Source: Betaproteobacteria bacterium RIFCSPLOWO2_12_FULL_68_20 (GTDB lineage: Bacteria > Pseudomonadota > Gammaproteobacteria > Burkholderiales > SG8-39). From it: a stretch of DNA of 64,000 bases. The notes beneath the pieces were generated by a model. It was not told the origin of the DNA and searched no databases. It saw only the letters and a list, made by a program, of their open reading frames with translations. A program made the translations under genes and the position numbers. Of this stretch, positions 1 to 9,199 are shown piece after piece (the first letter of the stretch is position 1; each line of letters starts with the position of its first letter). The stretch is from NCBI GenBank assembly GCA_001770655.1, contig MERQ01000068.1, positions 17,621-81,620 of the forward strand. The letters are read 5' to 3'.

Positions 1-33
1 GCGCCGCTGAGAAGAAGTAGGCATCCCGGCCGG

Positions 34-63
34 AAAAAAAGGCCGCCCGCGGGCGGCCTTTTT
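34..63. terminator. Bidirectional rho-independent terminator
   Basis: A7-GGCCGCC-cgcg-GGCGGCC-T5, lying between a + strand CDS ending at 20 (...AAEKK*) and the 3' end of the minus-strand tRNA. Confidence 0.85.
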
Positions 64-70
64 CATTCAG

Positions 71-147
71 TGGCGCGCCCGGCGGGATTCGAACCCACGA
101 CCCTTGGCTTCGGAGGCCAATACTCTGATCCGCTGAGCTACGGGCGC
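71..147 (-). tRNA. tRNA-Arg (anticodon CCG)
   Basis: Reverse complement GCGCCCGTAGCTCAGCGGATCAGAGTATTGGCCTCCGAAGCCAAGGGTCGTGGGTTCGAATCCCGCCGGGCGCGCCA: cloverleaf, anticodon loop CTCCGAA, T-loop GTTCGAAT, encoded CCA end. Confidence 0.97.
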
Positions 148-192
148 TTTCAAGTTAAAATCATACCGTTATCTCATCCTCAGGCCAAAGTT

Positions 193-339
193 GTGAGCGA
201 GCACGACCAGCATTCCTCCTTCATCAAGACCCCGCAGCAGCTGGTTATCGTGATCCTGCTCGCTTTCGTCGTGCCGATCGTCGCGATCGTGCTGCTCATC
301 GAGTTCATCCTGGGTTCGCCGAGCGCCGACCCGGCGTAG
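193..339 (+). pseudogene. 48-aa single-TM peptide resembling the N-terminal anchor of betaproteobacterial cytochrome c5; heme domain absent
   Basis: MSEHDQHSSFIKTPQQLVIVILLAFVVPIVAIVLL resembles the cytochrome c5 leader; TAG at 337-339; no CxxCH motif before gshB begins. Confidence 0.6.
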
Positions 340-367
340 CCCGGCGGCGCGCCGGACCCGAGGGCTG

Positions 368-1309
368 ATGCAGCTCCTCTTCGTCATCGATCCGCCGGGC
401 TCGCTCAAGGCCTACAAGGATACGACCGTGGCCATGATGCGCGCGGCGCAGGCGCGCGGCCACGCGGTGCACGTTTGCGAGCAGACGAGCCTCGCCTGGC
501 GCGACGCTCGCGTGTCGGCCGAGGCGACGCGCATCGCGCTCGCCGGCGGCGACCAGGACTGGTACCGCGCGCACAGTAGCGCCAACCGGCCGCTCGCCGG
601 GTTCGACGCGGTGCTGATGCGCAAGGATCCCCCGTTCGACCTGGAGTACGTGACCAGCACCTGGCTGCTCTCGGCCGCAGTGCGCGAGGGCGCGCGCGTG
701 TTCAACGCGCCGGATGCGATCCGCGACCACAACGAGAAGCTCGCGGTGGCCGAGTTCCCGCGCTTCGTCGCGCCGACGCTGGTTTCGCGCGAGGCCGAGC
801 GCATCCAGGCGTTCGTCGACGCCGAGCGCGACGTGGTGCTGAAGCGCCTCGACGTGATGGGCGGCGAGAACGTCTTCCGCGTGCGCGCCGACGATCCCAA
901 CCGCAACGTGATCGTCGAGGTGATGACGCAGGGCGGCGCGCGCACCGTGATGTGCCAGCGCTACATTCCCGAGATCGCGCAGGGCGACAAGCGCGTGATC
1001 CTGATCGACGGAAAGCCCGTGCCGCACGTGCTCGCGCGCATCCCCAAGCCGGGAGAGTCGCGCGGCAACCTCGCCGCCGGCGCGCGGGGGGTGGCGCAGC
1101 CGATCTCCGCGCGCGAGCGCGAGATCGCCGACGCGGTCGGCCCGGTGCTCGCCGCCCGCGGGCTGTTGCTGGTCGGCCTGGACGTGATCGGCGACTGGCT
1201 CACCGAAGTCAACGTCACCAGCCCCACCTGCTTTCGCGAGATCCAGGACCAGGCCGGGTTCGACGTCTCGGGCATGTTCCTCGACGCGCTCGAAGCGAGG
1301 CTCAGGTGA
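368..1309 (+). CDS. gshB: Glutathione synthetase
   Basis: KDTT..MM, MRKDPPFD, NEKL, GDKR, RGNLAAG and EVNVTSPT motifs; 313 aa. Confidence 0.96.
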   Translation: MQLLFVIDPPGSLKAYKDTTVAMMRAAQARGHAVHVCEQTSLAWRDARVSAEATRIALAGGDQDWYRAHSSANRPLAGFDAVLMRKDPPFDLEYVTSTWLLSAAVREGARVFNAPDAIRDHNEKLAVAEFPRFVAPTLVSREAERIQAFVDAERDVVLKRLDVMGGENVFRVRADDPNRNVIVEVMTQGGARTVMCQRYIPEIAQGDKRVILIDGKPVPHVLARIPKPGESRGNLAAGARGVAQPISAREREIADAVGPVLAARGLLLVGLDVIGDWLTEVNVTSPTCFREIQDQAGFDVSGMFLDALEARLR

Positions 1310-1710
1310 TCGGGGTCCTCATCGTCACGCACGGCACCATCGGCGAATCGCTGCTTTCGAGCGCGGCGCAGATCCTGGGCGAGGCGCCCGCGCAGGCGGC
1401 GGCGCTCGGCGTGTCGCGCAGCGACGATCCGGACCGGGTGCTCGAGCGGGCGCGCGCCTTGGTGGCGCAGCTCGACCGCGGCGAGGGCGTGCTGGTGCTC
1501 GCCGACATCTTCGGCGCCACGCCCTGCAACCTGTGCGTGCGGCTGCTCGAAGACGGCCGCGTCGAGGGCGTCTCGGGCGTGTCGCTGCCGATGCTGCTGC
1601 GCGTGCTCACGCGGCGCGAGGGCCCGCTCGCCGACGCGGTGCGGCGCGCGCTCTCGGGCGCCGCGGAGGGCGTGGTGCACATGAACACCGACCGGTGCTG
1701 CGATGGCTAG
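1306..1710 (+). CDS. PTS EIIA component, mannose/fructose family
   Basis: GTG start overlaps the gshB stop; IGVLIVTHG, DIFGATPCN and GVSLPML motifs. Confidence 0.92.
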   Translation: MIGVLIVTHGTIGESLLSSAAQILGEAPAQAAALGVSRSDDPDRVLERARALVAQLDRGEGVLVLADIFGATPCNLCVRLLEDGRVEGVSGVSLPMLLRVLTRREGPLADAVRRALSGAAEGVVHMNTDRCCDG

Positions 1711-1972
1711 CGCGCAGGCCGAGATCGTCAACAAGCTGGGGCTGCACGCGCGCGCCGCGGCCAGGCTCACCAACGTGGCGAGCGGTTTCGAGGCGGACAT
1801 CTGGCTCACCCGCAACGAACGCCGTGTCAACGCGAAAAGCATCATGGGCGTGATGATGCTCGCCGCCGGAAAGGGCACCACGGTGCTGATCGAGGCCGAG
1901 GGGGCCGACGCCGACCAGGCGATCGCCGCCCTGCTGGCGCTGATCTCCGACCGGTTCGGCGAAGGGGAATGA
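1703..1972 (+). CDS. ptsH: Phosphocarrier protein HPr
   Basis: NKLGLHARAA (His15) and NAKSIMGVMML (Ser46). Confidence 0.96.
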   Translation: MASAQAEIVNKLGLHARAAARLTNVASGFEADIWLTRNERRVNAKSIMGVMMLAAGKGTTVLIEAEGADADQAIAALLALISDRFGEGE

Positions 1973-3693
1973 ACTTCGTTCTCCACGGCGCGAGCCTCTC
2001 GCGCGGCGTCACCATCGGCCATGCGCACCTGGTGTCGACCGCACGGCTGGAAGCGGCGCATTACGAGATCCCCGCGCAGGCCGTCGAGGCCGAGGTCGAG
2101 CGCTTCGACGCCGCCGTGCGCCGGGCGCGCGAGGAGCTGGCCGCGCTGCAAGCGCACATCCCCGCCGACGCCCCGGCCGAGTTCGGCGCGTTCCTCAACC
2201 TGCACCGCATGATTCTCGGGGACTCGTCGCTCTCGCAAGTGCCGAGGGAGCTGATCCGCGCGCGCCGCTGCAACGCCGAGTGGGCGCTGGTGCAGCAGAT
2301 GGAGAAGCTGGTCGAGCAGTTCGAGGAGATCGACGACAGCTACCTGCGCGAGCGAAAGGCCGACATCCAGCAGGCGGTCGAGCGGGTGCTGAAGGCGCTG
2401 CTCGGCGGGCACGCGCTGCCCGAAGCCGCCCTCAGCGAGGAGCGCAAGCTGATCGTGGTGGCGCACGACCTGTCGCCCGCCGACATGATCCTTTTCAAGC
2501 GCCACCACTTCGGCGGCTTCGTCACCGACGCGGGCGGCATCACCTCGCACACCGCGATCCTCGCGAGGAGCCTCGGCATCCCGGCCATCGTCGGGCTGCA
2601 TATCGCGCGCCAGACGATCCGCGAGAAGGAGCTGCTGATCGTGGACGGCGAGCAGGGCGTGCTCATCGTCGACCCCGATCCGCTGGTGCTCGCCGAGTAC
2701 CAGCTGCGCCAGTCGCAGCTCGACCTCGAGCGCCAGAAGCTCAGGCGCCTGAAGTCGGCGCGCGCCGCGACCGTGGACGGGACCGCGGTCGAGCTGCTCG
2801 CCAACATCGAGCTGCCGCAGGACGTTCCCGAGGCGCTCGACGCCGGCGCCGAGGGCATCGGTTTGTTCCGAACGGAGTTCCTGTTTCTCAACCGCGGCGA
2901 CCTGCCCTCGGAGGACGAGCAGTTCGAGGCCTACCGCGAGGTGGTCGAGGCGATGGGCGGGCGACCGGTGGTGCTGCGAACGCTCGATATCGGCGCCGAC
3001 AAGGCGCTCGCCGGAGACGGCGAGGTGCGCCCCAACCCGGCGATGGGGCTGCGCGCGATCCGCTTCTGCCTCGCCGAGCCGCAGATGTTCCTCGCGCAAC
3101 TGCGCGCCATCCTGCGCGCCTCGCACTACGGAAAGGTGAGGATCCTGCTGCCGATGCTCTCGCACCTGCACGAGGTCGAGCAGGCGCTCGCGCTGGTCAA
3201 GCAGGCGAAGCAGCAGCTCGCCGAGGGTCATGTCCCGTTCGACCGGCGCATCGAGGTCGGCGGCATGATCGAGATCCCGGCCGCGGCGCTCGCGCTGCCC
3301 ATGTTCATGCGGCGCCTGGACTTCCTCTCGCTCGGCACCAACGACCTCATCCAGTACACGCTCGCCATCGACCGCACCGACGACGCGGTGGCCCACCTGT
3401 ACGATCCGCTTCACCCGGCGGTGCTCGCGCTGGTGGCGAAAACCATCCAGACCGCGACGCGGGGCGGCGTGCCGGTCGCCGTGTGCGGCGAGATGGCCGG
3501 CGACCTGAAGCTCACGCGCCTGCTGCTCGGCTTCGGCCTGCGCAGCTTCTCGATGCACCCGGCGCAGCTGCTCGCCATCAAGGAGCGGGTGCTGCGCACC
3601 GAGCTCGCCGAGGTGCAGCCGCTCGCCCAGCGCGTGCTGCGCGCGAGCGACCCGGCGAAAACCAGAGAGCTTCTGGCAAAGCTCAACTCCTAG
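1969..3693 (+). CDS. ptsI: PEP-protein phosphotransferase (Enzyme I)
   Basis: GGITSHTAILAR, GIGLFRTEFLF, SLGTNDLIQY and VCGEMAGD motifs; no GAF domain. Confidence 0.95.
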   Translation: MNFVLHGASLSRGVTIGHAHLVSTARLEAAHYEIPAQAVEAEVERFDAAVRRAREELAALQAHIPADAPAEFGAFLNLHRMILGDSSLSQVPRELIRARRCNAEWALVQQMEKLVEQFEEIDDSYLRERKADIQQAVERVLKALLGGHALPEAALSEERKLIVVAHDLSPADMILFKRHHFGGFVTDAGGITSHTAILARSLGIPAIVGLHIARQTIREKELLIVDGEQGVLIVDPDPLVLAEYQLRQSQLDLERQKLRRLKSARAATVDGTAVELLANIELPQDVPEALDAGAEGIGLFRTEFLFLNRGDLPSEDEQFEAYREVVEAMGGRPVVLRTLDIGADKALAGDGEVRPNPAMGLRAIRFCLAEPQMFLAQLRAILRASHYGKVRILLPMLSHLHEVEQALALVKQAKQQLAEGHVPFDRRIEVGGMIEIPAAALALPMFMRRLDFLSLGTNDLIQYTLAIDRTDDAVAHLYDPLHPAVLALVAKTIQTATRGGVPVAVCGEMAGDLKLTRLLLGFGLRSFSMHPAQLLAIKERVLRTELAEVQPLAQRVLRASDPAKTRELLAKLNS

Positions 3694-3698
3694 CCCGC

Positions 3699-4892
3699 AT
3701 GCCGGGACCCCTTTCGGGCGTGCGCGTGCTCGACCTCACCACCGTGGTGATGGGGCCGTACGCGACGCAGATCCTCGGCGACTTCGGCGCCGACGTGGTG
3801 AAGGTCGAGCCCCCCGAGGGCGACGTGATGCGCTACGCCTGGCCGTTTCGCCATCCGGGCATGGGAAGCATCTTTCTCAACACCAACCGCAACAAGCGCT
3901 CGATCGTGCTCGACCTGAAGCAGGCGCCGGCGCGCGCAGCTTGCCTCGCGCTCGCGGCGAGAGCGGATGTCCTCGTCTACAACATTCGTCCGCAGGCGAT
4001 GGCGCGCCTGAAGCTGTCCTACGAGGACGTGAGGGAGGTCAACCCGGAGATCATCTACGCCGGCTGCTTCGGCTACAGCCAGCGCGGCCCGTACGCCGCC
4101 AAGGCCGCCTACGACGACCTGATCCAGGGCGCCGCCGGGATTCCGTGGCTGCTGAAGAAGCAGGGGGCGGCCGAGCCGCGCTACGCGCCGATGATCGTCG
4201 CGGACCGCGCCGTCGGGCAGCAGGTGGCGAGCGCGGTGAGCGCGGCGCTCTACCACCGCGAGAAGACCGGCCGCGGCCAGAGGATCGACGTGCCGATGTT
4301 CGAGCACCTGCTGCAGATGGTGCTCGGCGACCACCTGGGCGGCTATACGTTCGAGCCGCAGCACGGCGAGCCCGGCTACCACCGCATCCTCGCGCCGGAC
4401 CGCCGGCCCTACGAGACGCGCGACGGCTACGTCTGCGCGCTCATCTACAACGACAAGCAGTGGAAGGCGTTTCTCGAGATCATCGGCAAGCCGGAGATTC
4501 TCTCCCGGCCGGAGTTCGCGACCCAGGAGGCGAGAAGCAGGAATTACGACAGCGCTTACGCGATGGTCGCCGAGGAGCTGAAGCGGCGCACCAGCGAGGA
4601 GTGGGTCGAGGCCTTCGAGCGCGCCGACATTCCGGTGCAGCGGATGAACAGCCTGGACGACATCGTCGCCGACCCGCACCTGGCGGCGATCGGCTACCTG
4701 AAGAGCGTCGAGCACCCGAGCGAGGGCCGCATCAGGTCGCTCGCGGTGCCCTCGGAGTGGTCGGAGTCGCAGCCCGAAGTCCGGCGCCACGCGCCGCGGC
4801 TGGGGGAGCACACGCGCGAGGTGCTGCGCGAGGCGGGGTATTCCGACGCGGCCGTCGAGGCCTTGCTCGCGAGCGGGGCGGCTCGGATATAA
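3699..4892 (+). CDS. CaiB/BaiF family (class III) CoA-transferase
   Basis: MPGPLSGVRVLDLT, GADVVKVEPPEGD, NRNKRSIVLDLK and APRLGEHTREVL motifs. Confidence 0.92.
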   Translation: MPGPLSGVRVLDLTTVVMGPYATQILGDFGADVVKVEPPEGDVMRYAWPFRHPGMGSIFLNTNRNKRSIVLDLKQAPARAACLALAARADVLVYNIRPQAMARLKLSYEDVREVNPEIIYAGCFGYSQRGPYAAKAAYDDLIQGAAGIPWLLKKQGAAEPRYAPMIVADRAVGQQVASAVSAALYHREKTGRGQRIDVPMFEHLLQMVLGDHLGGYTFEPQHGEPGYHRILAPDRRPYETRDGYVCALIYNDKQWKAFLEIIGKPEILSRPEFATQEARSRNYDSAYAMVAEELKRRTSEEWVEAFERADIPVQRMNSLDDIVADPHLAAIGYLKSVEHPSEGRIRSLAVPSEWSESQPEVRRHAPRLGEHTREVLREAGYSDAAVEALLASGAARI

Positions 4893-4900
4893 TCCGCGGC

Positions 4901-4953
4901 CAGCGCCGATTTGATGTCCAGCTTGCGGGCGCTAAACAAATGCCGCTAAAGAG
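4901..4953 (+). ncRNA. SAM-II riboswitch upstream of metX
   Basis: P1 AGCGCC/GGCGCT, GATTTG loop, TTGCG, then AAAT..GCTAAAGAG pseudoknot strand covering the RBS; directly upstream of metX; TATAAT at 4888-4893. Confidence 0.85.
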
Positions 4954-4959
4954 ACGCGC

Positions 4960-6096
4960 TTGAACGCCCCCCACGATCCGTCCTCCGTCGGCGCCGTCGT
5001 CGCGCAGAAGGCGAGCTTCGACTCGCCGCTCGCGCTGCGCGGCGGCGCGACGCTGCCCTCGTTCGAGATCGCCTACGAGACCTACGGCGAGCTGAACGCG
5101 GCGCGCTCGAACGCCGTGCTGGTGTGCCACGCGCTCAACGCCTCGCACCACGTCGCGGGCACCTACGCAGACGACCCCGACAACGTCGGCTGGTGGGACA
5201 ACCTGGTCGGCCCGGGCAAGCCGCTCGACACGCGCCGCTTTTTCGTCGTCGGCAACAACTACATCGGCAGCTGCTTCGGCTCGACCGGCCCGGCCTCGGT
5301 GAATCCCGCGACCGGCAGGCCCTGGGGGGCGGATTTCCCGGTGGTCACGGTCGAGGATTGGGTGGCTGCGCAGGCGCGGCTTGCCGACCACCTCGGCATC
5401 GAGCGTTTCGCGGCGGCGATCGGCGGAAGCCTCGGCGCCATGCAGGCCTTGCAGTGGACGCTCTCCTACCCGGAGCGGATCCGCCACTCGATCGTCATCG
5501 CCGCCACCCCGAAGCTCACCGCGCAGAACATCGCCTTCAACGAGGTGGCGCGCGCCGCCATCCTGACCGACCCGGACTTCCACGGCGGGCATTACTACGA
5601 CAAGGGCGTGGTGCCGGCGCGGGGGCTGCGCATCGCGCGCATGATTGGCCACATCACCTACCTTTCCAACGACGCCATGATGGAGAAGTTCGGCCGCCAG
5701 CTCAGGCGCGCCGCGCTCGGCTTCGACTTCGACATCGACTTCGAGATCGAGTCGTATCTGCGCTACCAGGGCGACAAGTTCTCCACCTATTTCGATGCGA
5801 ACACGTACCTGCGCATCACCAAGGCGCTCGACTACTACGACCCGGCGGCGGACTTCGGCGGAGACCTCGCGGCGGCGCTGGCGCGCGCGCGGGCCGCGTT
5901 CCTGGTCGTGTCGTTCAAGTCCGACTGGCGCTTCCCGCCGGATCGCTCGCGCGAGCTGGTGAAGGCGCTGCTGGAGAACCGCCGCATCGTGTCCTACCTC
6001 GAGCTCGGTTCCCCGGGCGGTCACGACGCGTTCCTGCTCGACGACGCGCGCTACCACGCCGCGCTGCGCGCCTATTTCGACAACATCGAGCTGTGA
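4960..6096 (+). CDS. metX: Homoserine O-acyltransferase MetX
   Basis: [18 protein letters not shown] nucleophile elbow, FDANTY and GHDAFL motifs. Confidence 0.95.
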   Translation: MNAPHDPSSVGAVVAQKASFDSPLALRGGATLPSFEIAYETYGELNAARSNAVLVCHALNASHHVAGTYADDPDNVGWWDNLVGPGKPLDTRRFFVVGNNYIGSCFGSTGPASVNPATGRPWGADFPVVTVEDWVAAQARLADHLGIERFAAAIGGSLGAMQALQWTLSYPERIRHSIVIAATPKLTAQNIAFNEVARAAILTDPDFHGGHYYDKGVVPARGLRIARMIGHITYLSNDAMMEKFGRQLRRAALGFDFDIDFEIESYLRYQGDKFSTYFDANTYLRITKALDYYDPAADFGGDLAAALARARAAFLVVSFKSDWRFPPDRSRELVKALLENRRIVSYLELGSPGGHDAFLLDDARYHAALRAYFDNIEL

Positions 6097-6701
6097 GCCC
6101 CGCCGAACAGTCGCTCCTCGCCGCCCGCCCGGACCTCGCCGCGGTGGCGCAGTGGGTGGCGCGCGGCGCGCGCGTGCTCGACCTCGGCTGCGGCGACGGG
6201 TCGCTGCTTCGCTACCTGTGGCAGGCGCGCGAGGCGCCCGGCTACGGGGTCGAGATCGAGGACGACAGCGTGATCGCGTGCGTGAAGAACGACGTCAACG
6301 TGCTGCAGCTCGACCTCGAGAGCGGGCTGTCCCTTTTCCGCGACGGCACGTTCGACTGCGTGATCCTCTCCGAGACGCTGCAGACCATCCACCGCACCGA
6401 GCAGCTGCTGCGCGAGATGCTGCGCGTCGGGCGCGAGGCGATCGTGAGCTTCCCCAACTTCGGCCACTGGGCGGCGCGATTGCAGGTGCTGTTCGGCAGG
6501 ATGCCGGTGTCCGAGGCGCTGCCCTACCAGTGGTACGAGACTCCGAACGTGCACATGTGCACCCTCGCCGACTTCGAGGACCTGTGCCGCAGGCTCGGCA
6601 TTCGCATCCGCGAGCGGCTGGTGCTGCACCAGGGAAGGTCGGTGGGCCTGCTGCCGAACCTCCTCGGCAGCCACGCGGTCTATCGCTGTACGGCTCAATA
6701 G
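6093..6701 (+). CDS. metW: Methionine biosynthesis protein MetW
   Basis: [19 protein letters not shown] and [12 protein letters not shown] motifs; coupled to metX. Confidence 0.94.
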   Translation: MSPAEQSLLAARPDLAAVAQWVARGARVLDLGCGDGSLLRYLWQAREAPGYGVEIEDDSVIACVKNDVNVLQLDLESGLSLFRDGTFDCVILSETLQTIHRTEQLLREMLRVGREAIVSFPNFGHWAARLQVLFGRMPVSEALPYQWYETPNVHMCTLADFEDLCRRLGIRIRERLVLHQGRSVGLLPNLLGSHAVYRCTAQ

Positions 6702-6717
6702 AGGGAAGGAGAGCGAC

Positions 6718-7122
6718 ATGAAGATCGACGGCGGCTGCCATTGCGGCAACATCACCTATGAAGCGGAAGTCGACCCGGAGAAGGTCGCGATCTGCCACTG
6801 CACCGATTGCCAGACCATGTCTGGATCGGCCTTCCGCGCGGTCGTGCCCGCTGCGAGCGACAAGTTCAAGCTGCTCAGCGGGCAGCCGAAGATCTACGTG
6901 AAAACCGCCGAAAGCGGCAACCCGCGCGCCCAGGCGTTCTGCCCCGAATGCGGCACGCACCTCTACTCCGCGGCCGTGAAGGACACGCCGAGCTACGGCA
7001 TCCGCCTCGGCACGGTGCGCCAGCGCGCGCAGCTCACGCCCAAGCGCCAGGTTTGGTGCCGCTCGGCGCTCGGCTGGGCGATGGAGGCGGGTTCGATCCA
7101 GCCGCAACTCGATAGGCAGTAG
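6718..7122 (+). CDS. GFA family Zn-binding protein
   Basis: GGCHCG, CHCTDCQ and FCPECGT motifs; strong SD. Confidence 0.92.
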   Translation: MKIDGGCHCGNITYEAEVDPEKVAICHCTDCQTMSGSAFRAVVPAASDKFKLLSGQPKIYVKTAESGNPRAQAFCPECGTHLYSAAVKDTPSYGIRLGTVRQRAQLTPKRQVWCRSALGWAMEAGSIQPQLDRQ

Positions 7123-7129
7123 CAGGCGC

Positions 7130-8170
7130 GTGGCCCGGCTGCGCGAGCTGCTCGGCATCGAGCTGCCGATCATCCAGGCACCGATGGCGGGCGCGCAGGC
7201 GAGCGCGCTCGCGGTCGCCGTGTCGAACGCCGGCGCGCTCGGGTCGCTCCCCTGCGCGATGCTGGCGCTCGACGCGATGCGCAAGGAGCTTGCCGCGATC
7301 ACGGCGCAGACGGCGAAGCCTTACAACGTCAATTTCTTCTGTCACGCGCCGCCCGCGCCCGATGCCGCCCGCGAGGCGGCGTGGCGCGAGGCGCTCGCGC
7401 CGTACTACCGGGAATACGGGATCGACCCGGGCGCGATCCCCGAAGGGCCGGGGCGCGCGCCGTTCAGCAGCGACGCGGCCGACATGCTGGAGGAATTCAG
7501 GCCCGCGGTCGTCAGCTTTCATTTCGGCCTTCCTGCGCCGGAGCTGCTCGCGCGAGTGAAGAAGCTGGGCGCGAGGATATTTTCTTCGGCGACGACGCTC
7601 GAAGAGGCGCGCTGGCTCGAGGCGCGAGGAGTGGACGCGCTGATCGCGCAAGGGCTCGAGGCCGGCGGGCACCGCGGCATGTTTCTCACCGACGATGTGA
7701 ATACCCAGATCGGCACGTTCGCGCTGCTGCCGCAGATCGTGCGCGCGGTGAAGGTCCCGGTGATCGCGGCGGGCGGCATTGCCGATGCCAAAGGCGTCGC
7801 GGCCGCGCTCGCGCTCGGCGCGGCGGGCGTGCAGGTCGGCACGGCGTATCTCCTCTGCCCCGAGGCGCTGACAGGTGCCGCGCACCGCGCCGCGCTGAAG
7901 AGCGACGCCGCGCGCCACACCGCGCTCACCAACCTCATCACCGGCCGCCCGGCGCGCGGCATCGTGAACCGCTTGATGCGCGAGCTCGGGCCGATGCGCG
8001 CCGGCGTCCCCGCCTTTCCGCTCGCCACCGCGGCGATCGCGCCGCTGCGCGCCAAGGCCGAAGCGAAGGGCGCGGGGGATTTTTCGCCGCTGTGGTCGGG
8101 ACAGAACGCGAGCGGATGCAGGGAAGTGCCGGCCGCCCGGCTCACGCGCGAGCTCGCTGCCGATCTCTAG
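7130..8170 (+). CDS. Nitronate monooxygenase family flavoprotein
   Basis: PIIQAPMAG, QGLEAGGHRG, PVIAAGGIAD and LWSGQ motifs. Confidence 0.92.
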   Translation: MARLRELLGIELPIIQAPMAGAQASALAVAVSNAGALGSLPCAMLALDAMRKELAAITAQTAKPYNVNFFCHAPPAPDAAREAAWREALAPYYREYGIDPGAIPEGPGRAPFSSDAADMLEEFRPAVVSFHFGLPAPELLARVKKLGARIFSSATTLEEARWLEARGVDALIAQGLEAGGHRGMFLTDDVNTQIGTFALLPQIVRAVKVPVIAAGGIADAKGVAAALALGAAGVQVGTAYLLCPEALTGAAHRAALKSDAARHTALTNLITGRPARGIVNRLMRELGPMRAGVPAFPLATAAIAPLRAKAEAKGAGDFSPLWSGQNASGCREVPAARLTRELAADL

Positions 8171-8180
8171 GGAGACGCCC

Positions 8181-8480
8181 ATGGCTCCGGATCCGATGAA
8201 CCCGGCGAGCGAAAGCTCGCGCTCCGACTCGATGCTGCGCCGATTGCTGGGAGCGATGTCGGTTTTCACCATGCTCATGACGGTGCCGCAGGTGCTCACC
8301 ATCTGGGTCGGCCACCAGGCGGCCGGCGTGTCGGTCATCTCCTGGAGCGCCTATCTCCTCTCGGCGGTGCTCTGGCTGTGGTTCGGGATCCGCAAGCGCG
8401 ACAAGAACATTTATTTGCCCTGCGTGGGCTGGATCGGGCTCAACGGTGCCGTGGTCGCCGGCGCCCTCGTTTACGGATGA
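8181..8480 (+). CDS. Small 3-TM PQ-loop / SemiSWEET-like membrane protein
   Basis: MTVPQV, A.GVS..SW and LWLWFGI..RD pattern with three hydrophobic segments; start may be 8196 or 8232. Confidence 0.7.
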   Translation: MAPDPMNPASESSRSDSMLRRLLGAMSVFTMLMTVPQVLTIWVGHQAAGVSVISWSAYLLSAVLWLWFGIRKRDKNIYLPCVGWIGLNGAVVAGALVYG

Positions 8481-8487
8481 TTTGACG

Positions 8488-8844
8488 ATGACGATCGCCG
8501 CGGATATCGCCGTAGTCGTGGTGGCCCTGCTGCACCTGTATTTTCTCGTCCTGGAGATGTTTCTCTGGGACAAGCCGCTCGGCCGCCGCATCTTCGGCCT
8601 CAGCCCGGAGTTCGCGAGCGCGTCGAAATCGCTCGCCATGAACCAAGGCCTGTACAACGGGTTTCTTGCCGCGGGCCTTGTCTGGGGGTTGAGCCTCGGC
8701 GCGGCCGGAAATCCGGTCAAGATCTTCTTTCTCGCCTGCGTCGTGGTCGCGGGAATCTTCGGCGCGGCCACCGCGAGCCGCAATATCCTCTGGGTGCAGG
8801 CTGCTCCCGGCGCCGCGGCGCTCGCGCTGGTGTGGCTGTCCTGA
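8488..8844 (+). CDS. DUF1304 family membrane protein
   Basis: HLYFLVLEMFLW and LAMNQGLYNGFLAAGL motifs. Confidence 0.88.
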   Translation: MTIAADIAVVVVALLHLYFLVLEMFLWDKPLGRRIFGLSPEFASASKSLAMNQGLYNGFLAAGLVWGLSLGAAGNPVKIFFLACVVVAGIFGAATASRNILWVQAAPGAAALALVWLS

Positions 8845-8853
8845 CGGTCCGGG

Positions 8854-8882
8854 TTGACCGGCGCTTCCGCGTTCCTTATCAT
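8854..8882 (+). promoter_or_regulatory. sigma70-type promoter of the RHH two-gene module
   Basis: TTGACC-17 bp-TATCAT, followed by an AT-rich palindromic stretch (8892-8912) and SD GAGGT. Confidence 0.7.
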
Positions 8883-8923
8883 GTTCATGTGCATATGTTG
8901 ATCAATTCGAATCGAGGTCGGCG

Positions 8924-9199
8924 ATGAAGACCGAGCGCGTGGTGATCCTGATGACGCCCGAGCAGAAGCGCGCCATCGCACATCGCGCCAAAGCACTTGA
9001 CGTGTCCGTGGCCGAGCTCGTTCGGCGTTCCGCGGAGGGATTCGGCAGCGGCGCGGACGAGGCGACCCTGGCGGCGCTCGCCGCCGAGCTGCACGGAGCG
9101 GTCAAGGAGAGCCGGGCCGCCCTGCGCGCGGCGATCGGCGAAGCCGAAGCGACCTTGGCGCAACTCGGCAGGCGCCGCAAGGACCGGCAGGCCGCCTGA
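8924..9199 (+). CDS. Ribbon-helix-helix (CopG-like) DNA-binding protein, putative antitoxin
   Basis: N-terminal beta strand TERVVILM, helix, then turn-helix DVSVAELVRR; helical C-terminal half. Confidence 0.75.
   Translation: MKTERVVILMTPEQKRAIAHRAKALDVSVAELVRRSAEGFGSGADEATLAALAAELHGAVKESRAALRAAIGEAEATLAQLGRRRKDRQAA

Noticed and set aside
71-147. tRNA as an integration site
   Set aside because: I found no integrase and no duplicated tRNA 3' end in the window; the 3' side is only a terminator and the window edge.
70-192. N-terminal part of the 89-aa ORF 70..339
   Set aside because: It is the antisense reading of the tRNA-Arg gene; only 193-339 looks coding.
961-3558. Very long antisense and alternate-frame ORFs (also 19319-21505, 36523-39849, 49673-51490 and others)
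   Set aside because: These are Arg/Ala/Gly-rich shadow ORFs expected at high GC, overlapping clearly identified genes.
1306-3693. PTS cluster with no sugar permease
   Set aside because: A known regulatory PTS arrangement in Betaproteobacteria; not novel.
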